Assembly (NCBI GenBank): GCA_963832745.1
Contig: CAWHVC010000003.1
Coordinates: 128,001 to 192,000 of the forward strand
Direction of reading: 5' to 3'
Origin: Candidatus Bathyarchaeota archaeon
GTDB lineage: Archaea > Thermoproteota > Bathyarchaeia > Bathyarchaeales > Bathycorpusculaceae
Length of the DNA: 64,000 nt
The position numbers and the translations under genes were made by a program. This document shows positions 59,424 through 64,000 of this stretch, piece by piece (within the stretch, counting starts at the first letter, position 1; every line of letters starts with the position of its first letter). The notes beneath the pieces are model-generated. The model was not told the origin of the DNA. It saw only the letters and a program-made list of their open reading frames with translations, and did not search any database.

Positions 59424-60956
59424 TTAAAGGGGGGTTTCTGCGGGTAATTTGGGGTTATTGTTTCTTTTGAGGATGAATTGTTGAATAGTACCTTTGATTT
59501 CGGCTATTATGAGTTTGAGTAAACTGCGTGCTTGCTTGTCAATTACCAGTAACAGACCAAGGTAGATGACAATGCCTACCACAGTTTTAGCAACAGTCAA
59601 CACCAACGTAGTTGTGTAAGGCATAAAGTAAAGAATTAACCCCATGATTACTGCAGCTAAAACATATTTTCCCATGCTGCTCCACGCGACGGGTAACCGT
59701 GTTGTTTTGTGCATGAATAGGTATAACCCGATGAAGGTGGATATGTGAACACCAATGTTTATGGCAATAACATACATGACGGATTCGACTGGTCCCGCTT
59801 GAATCTGTGTTAAGACAAGATACACCAGAGGCAGAGAAATTGCTGCTTGAATAAAGGATAACGAGAAAACCTTGAAAATTTTAGTTTTTGGAAGCTGTCG
59901 TAACGGGATTTTGCCGTCAGCGTCAAAGTTTTCAGCACCCATTAAAATGTTACCGTAAAAGTTTGAAATCAAAAGAATCACAGTATCTATTGTCAGCATG
60001 ATTAGGGCTGGCCAAGCAACGGTGTAGGCTACGTTTAAGACTGTTAAGAACGAGGTTGACATTACAATATTTAAGGCGGCAAGCGGAATTGCAAACATCA
60101 TTACTGTTCTAAAAGAAGTGCCAATGTGTTCATCGGCACAGCTGTTGTTTAACAGTTTAGGATACAATGCAAACGCCAAAAAGGAAGCGTACATGATGAT
60201 GTTTGTGAAAGTAAATGCTGCTTGATAGTAAGCTCGGGTGTCAGCGCCGCCGAAATAATACAACAGGACAAGGACAAAAGCAAGCAGTTGCGTTCCTGCG
60301 GTGCTGTAAGCAATTAACGCGGAGCCTTTAACCCATTCACGCAGGTAATCCCAACGGATTTTTTGTTTAAATTCGCTTGCGAAGATTTTTACGTAATAGA
60401 ATACCTGCACAAGTATTGAGAGGGTTAAGCTTAAGATTGCGCCTAAGAACAGTTGCCCCAACCCAAGGATGATGCCGAAAGCTAAAGCAACCTTTACAAC
60501 TTCATGTATTAGCAAACCATACCCGATTGCTTGAGGCCTATAAGAACGCAGGCAAGATTCAAGATTATTCACTAAAGCCGTATCCAAAATATACAGAGAA
60601 GCAATATAGTAAATTGGCAAATATTCTTGTGTTCCAATAGCCTGTGCGATGAGTGTTATAGCTGGAAAATAAATCAGCATGGAACCTAAAGCGATGATAA
60701 AGTTTGCGATAGTGCTTGTTTTTACGGCGCCCTCTTTGTCTCTTGCAACAAAACGTGTTGCCCAAAACGGAATAAAAGTGCTAAAAATCAAGAAATATGC
60801 AGTATAATCGAAAATGTTTGTCCATGTGCCGTACTGGTCAGGAGTCATACTTCGGGTTATCAGAAGCGTGTAGGCTAAACCGGTTACGACGCTTAAGATT
60901 TGGGCTGTGAAAATGATAAAACCGGAATATTGAAGCCTTAACTGCTTTTTATCCAT
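59424..60956 (-). CDS. Polysaccharide flippase-like (MATE/Wzx-type) membrane protein
   Basis: ~13 TM segments, TR.M.P..YG N-terminal motif. Confidence 0.75.
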   Translation of the reverse strand: MDKKQLRLQYSGFIIFTAQILSVVTGLAYTLLITRSMTPDQYGTWTNIFDYTAYFLIFSTFIPFWATRFVARDKEGAVKTSTIANFIIALGSMLIYFPAITLIAQAIGTQEYLPIYYIASLYILDTALVNNLESCLRSYRPQAIGYGLLIHEVVKVALAFGIILGLGQLFLGAILSLTLSILVQVFYYVKIFASEFKQKIRWDYLREWVKGSALIAYSTAGTQLLAFVLVLLYYFGGADTRAYYQAAFTFTNIIMYASFLAFALYPKLLNNSCADEHIGTSFRTVMMFAIPLAALNIVMSTSFLTVLNVAYTVAWPALIMLTIDTVILLISNFYGNILMGAENFDADGKIPLRQLPKTKIFKVFSLSFIQAAISLPLVYLVLTQIQAGPVESVMYVIAINIGVHISTFIGLYLFMHKTTRLPVAWSSMGKYVLAAVIMGLILYFMPYTTTLVLTVAKTVVGIVIYLGLLLVIDKQARSLLKLIIAEIKGTIQQFILKRNNNPKLPAETPL

Positions 60957-61132
60957 CAGGACCACGTTGTTACTTTCAGGGCTTGTTTTCAGGTTGTCTG
61001 CCCGTCGCACAATTTGGACTGGTTATAGTGGTTGCATTTAGGTTGCAGATATACTATTTCCCAAAACAAAACCATAAACGCCAAAAGAAAAGGGGCGTAA
61101 CAAAAAGCTAAAAAGAAGAAAAACGGCTAAAT

Positions 61133-62623
61133 TTAGCCCTTAACAACTGCCAGAGGCACAAGCCGCGCCACTTTAGTCGCTATACCAACTTGGTCACTAA
61201 CTTCCGCCACAACATCAACATTCTTGTACGCTGGGTCGGCTTCCTCAGCTAGCACCATTGGACTTGCCGCTCGTACAACTATGCCGCGTTTTTCAAGGCT
61301 GGTTTTGATTTCTCCGCCCCAGTACTTGCGTTTAGCCGCGGAACGACTCATCATGCGTCCGGCGCCATGAGCGGTTGAGCCGAAGGTTAAATTCATAGCT
61401 TTTTGGCTACCAACCAGAACCCAAGAGCTTGTTCCCATACTGCCAGGGATAAGGACAGGTTGACCTTCGCTCCGGTAATCTGCAGCCACGTCAGGGTGCC
61501 CAGGCGGAAAAGCGCGTGTAGCACCTTTGCGGTGAACCCAAACCTTCTTTGTTACCCCGTCATCAACTTGGTGATTCTCAATTTTGGCAATGTTATGTGC
61601 AACATCGTAAACAAGTTTTAAGCCAAGTTTTTCAGCGTCTTGTTTTAGTACTTGCTGGAAGCTTTGACGTACCCAATGCATAATGGCTTGACGGTTTGCA
61701 AAAGCATAGTTTACTGCACAAGCCATTGCTTGATAATAGTTGTGTGCTTCAAGACTTGTTCCGGGAGCGCAGGCTAATTCGCGGTCTGGAACGGTAATGT
61801 GATATTTTTGGATGGCATGCTCCATGACGCGCAGGTAATCGGAGCAGACTTGGTGTCCGTAACCTCGAGAGCCACAGTGAATCATAACTGTTACTTGACC
61901 TTCATGGGTTATGCCGAAAGCTTTGGCAGTTTTTTGATTTAAAATTTTGTCGACTTTTTGGATTTCGAGAAAATGGTTACCTGAACCTAAAGTGCCGATT
62001 TGTGTTAAACCTCGGCTTTTAGCGGTTTTGGAAACCATGTCAGGATTCGCGTTTGCCATGCAACCTTGTTCTTCACAATGCTCAGCGTCTTCCTTCCAGC
62101 CTAAACCGCGTTCGATTAGATAGTTTACGCCGTCAATACTTAGACGGTCTAGTTCACTGTTACTGACCGTGAAGTCTTTTCTGCGGCTACCCAACCCTGA
62201 GGGGACATTATGAAAAATGCTTTCAGCCAGAGCAGGCAAATGTGGCCTTATGTCTTCTTCGGAAAGGTTTGATGCTAAAAGCCTAACGCCGCAGTTAATA
62301 TCATATCCGACGCCGCCGGGGCTTATGACGCCTTCATTGTAATCGGTTGCTGCTACTCCTCCAATGGGGAAACCGTAGCCTTCATGTCCATCGGGCAACG
62401 TTATAGCATGCTTGTATATGCCGGGAAGCTGTGCAACATTGGAACATTGCCAAAGGGTGCGGTCTGTTTGCATCTTTTCCAGTAACGCTTGATTAGCAAA
62501 AACCATGCCTGGAACACGCATAGCCTGCTTGTACTGTGGAATCTTCCAGATGTAATCGGTAACTTTTTCCAGAGGAATATGCTCTGGTGCTGCTCGATCT
62601 TCGCCTTCGCCCAAAAATTTCAC
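61133..62623 (-). CDS. rtcB: tRNA-splicing ligase RtcB
   Basis: LPDGHEGYGFPIGG, GYDINCG, GSGNHF, HRKGATR, HGAGR, AYK. Confidence 0.97.
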   Translation of the reverse strand: MKFLGEGEDRAAPEHIPLEKVTDYIWKIPQYKQAMRVPGMVFANQALLEKMQTDRTLWQCSNVAQLPGIYKHAITLPDGHEGYGFPIGGVAATDYNEGVISPGGVGYDINCGVRLLASNLSEEDIRPHLPALAESIFHNVPSGLGSRRKDFTVSNSELDRLSIDGVNYLIERGLGWKEDAEHCEEQGCMANANPDMVSKTAKSRGLTQIGTLGSGNHFLEIQKVDKILNQKTAKAFGITHEGQVTVMIHCGSRGYGHQVCSDYLRVMEHAIQKYHITVPDRELACAPGTSLEAHNYYQAMACAVNYAFANRQAIMHWVRQSFQQVLKQDAEKLGLKLVYDVAHNIAKIENHQVDDGVTKKVWVHRKGATRAFPPGHPDVAADYRSEGQPVLIPGSMGTSSWVLVGSQKAMNLTFGSTAHGAGRMMSRSAAKRKYWGGEIKTSLEKRGIVVRAASPMVLAEEADPAYKNVDVVAEVSDQVGIATKVARLVPLAVVKG

Positions 62624-62659
62624 CAGCTACAGAGAAAAGAAGGAGAAGTTATAAAATGT

Positions 62660-63584
62660 TTAGGAAACCTGTTTTGCTTGGGCTTTCTTGACGTATTCCA
62701 CAAAACCGTGGATGCTGTTTTCTATTGCGGTTTTAGCGTAAATCTTGTTTTGCTGCAAGAAGCTTGAAAGCCGATTCATAACGGGGTCTTCAGTAAGAAC
62801 ACGTTCAGTAATCTGCTCAAACGTTTGGTTTTGCATTACTGCATCCTGAACAATTCTATCCCACATCAACAGTTGCGCCTTGTAGCCGCGTAAACGTCGA
62901 ACAGCATCGTCTGCTTTTCCAAAGTGGCTATAGTACAACACGGAAGGTCGATAGTTGATAAGTTTGTCAATTGAAGCAACAGCGGATTCAAGATAAAACG
63001 GTGGAGGCGTGGTTGGTGATACTTCGTTGAATTCTGGGAAGTAAGTGCCTGCTGCGTCGCCTGGAAAGATTCCGTTGTTAAAGTTTTCATGGAAACTTAA
63101 GTTGTGTGAAGCGTGACCTAAAGTTTCAAAAATGGTTAGTTTACCGCCATCACCAAGGTCAATTGTTCCTTCAGTTACTGACTCTATTCGGTTTTGAGGA
63201 ACAGGTTCAGGTTTTCCAAATACGTCGCTTACAAAGCCAAGTACAGATTGGGATGAAGGCCACAGTTTCTCGGGGTCAATCATGTGTGGCATGCCTCTTG
63301 GATGAACAAGTACTTTGGCGTTTGGCAGATGTTTAAGGAGAGTTCCTGCTCCGCCTCCGTGGTCAAGATGAATGTGTGTGATTGCGACGGTATCTACGTC
63401 TTCAGGGTTTATTTTTAACTCTGCCTAGACCGCAGAGTAGATTGGGTACTGAACTTGTGGGTCCTGACTCGATGAGCATGGTTTTTTTGGCGGTTTTAAT
63501 CACATAGCTTGCGATGAAGTTTTTGTAGCCGCCAGTTTCAAGGTCAATAAGGTAAAGGTTCTTTCCGATCTGTTTAGTATGCAT
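62660..63584 (-). pseudogene. Metallo-beta-lactamase-fold hydrolase split by a +1 frameshift
   Basis: N-terminal frame stops at 63402; removing one base at 63424-63425 (CTA GGC AGA to CTA GCA GAG) joins it to THIHLDHGGG and the 62660-63292 frame. Confidence 0.75.
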
Positions 63585-63662
63585 GGTATACCCCAGTAAA
63601 TCATGGGTTTAAGATGTGTGTTGTAGCATAAACTTTTCCATGTCTACTCACAATAGAGAATG

Positions 63663-64000
63663 CTACAAATGAATTTTTGCAATCCAGAAATGTTGGTTGC
63701 CTGAAGCCTGATAAGTTGAATCCCAAGTACCAACACATATGAAGTCTCCATCGCCTGTTGTTATGATACGGCTTGGAGATGTAGAATGCTTCAATGTAAC
63801 AGGTCCAGCGTTAAACTCGGCTTCAACGTTTCCAAAATTATCGATTTTTGCAAACCAAGCAGTGTATGTTGTTCCTTCAATGTAAGAAATTTTTGTTGCA
63901 TTAGCTACTCCACCAATTAGGTAACCTCCTTCTTCTGCAGGGGCAATTGAATTAATATCGATAACGTTGGGGTAAGTTCGGTTCCAGAGCATTTTGCCTT
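63663..64000 (-). CDS. C-terminal part of a secreted beta-propeller-like protein (partial)
   Basis: LWNRTY, GGYLIGG, WFAKID..G repeats; runs off the window end. Confidence 0.6.
   Translation of the reverse strand, partial: GKMLWNRTYPNVIDINSIAPAEEGGYLIGGVANATKISYIEGTTYTAWFAKIDNFGNVEAEFNAGPVTLKHSTSPSRIITTGDGDFICVGTWDSTYQASGNQHFWIAKIHL

Overview
Archaeal chromosomal window, most likely Bathyarchaeia (TACK). This is inferred from the archaeal ribosomal/RNAP and exosome-proteasome operons, GGTGA Shine-Dalgarno sites and abundant secreted beta-propeller/beta-helix proteins. Core blocks are rps13-rps4-rps11-rpoD-rpl18e-rpl13-rps9-rpoN (1.6-5.5 kb), psmA-sdo1-rrp4-rrp41-rrp42-rpl37ae-pcc1 (19.8-24.2 kb), redox/metal/chaperone genes, tRNA-Gly(UCC) and rtcB. 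The main discovery is a ~12.5 kb integrated tailless virus (7124-19661) encoding a PM2/STIV-type double-jelly-roll capsid candidate, an A32/FtsK-like packaging ATPase, small membrane proteins and an atypical tyrosine recombinase, with no recognisable replication gene. It is not integrated in a tRNA. It splits one copy of a dispersed ~37-bp intergenic host repeat (9-bp core TATGCAGAA at both ends; intact copies at ~31.1 and ~44.0 kb). It also encodes a probable 72-nt hairpin antisense RNA whose loop is complementary to the SD and start codon of both the integrase and the first early gene, and a candidate -1 frameshifted membrane gene. Also notable are an orphan, apparently intact HTH + terminase-large-subunit pair abutting tRNA-Gly with no other head-tail genes, and a two-gene CxxCH protein + miniature CcsA/CcmF-like module. 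All protein assignments come from motif recognition by eye; no searches were run.
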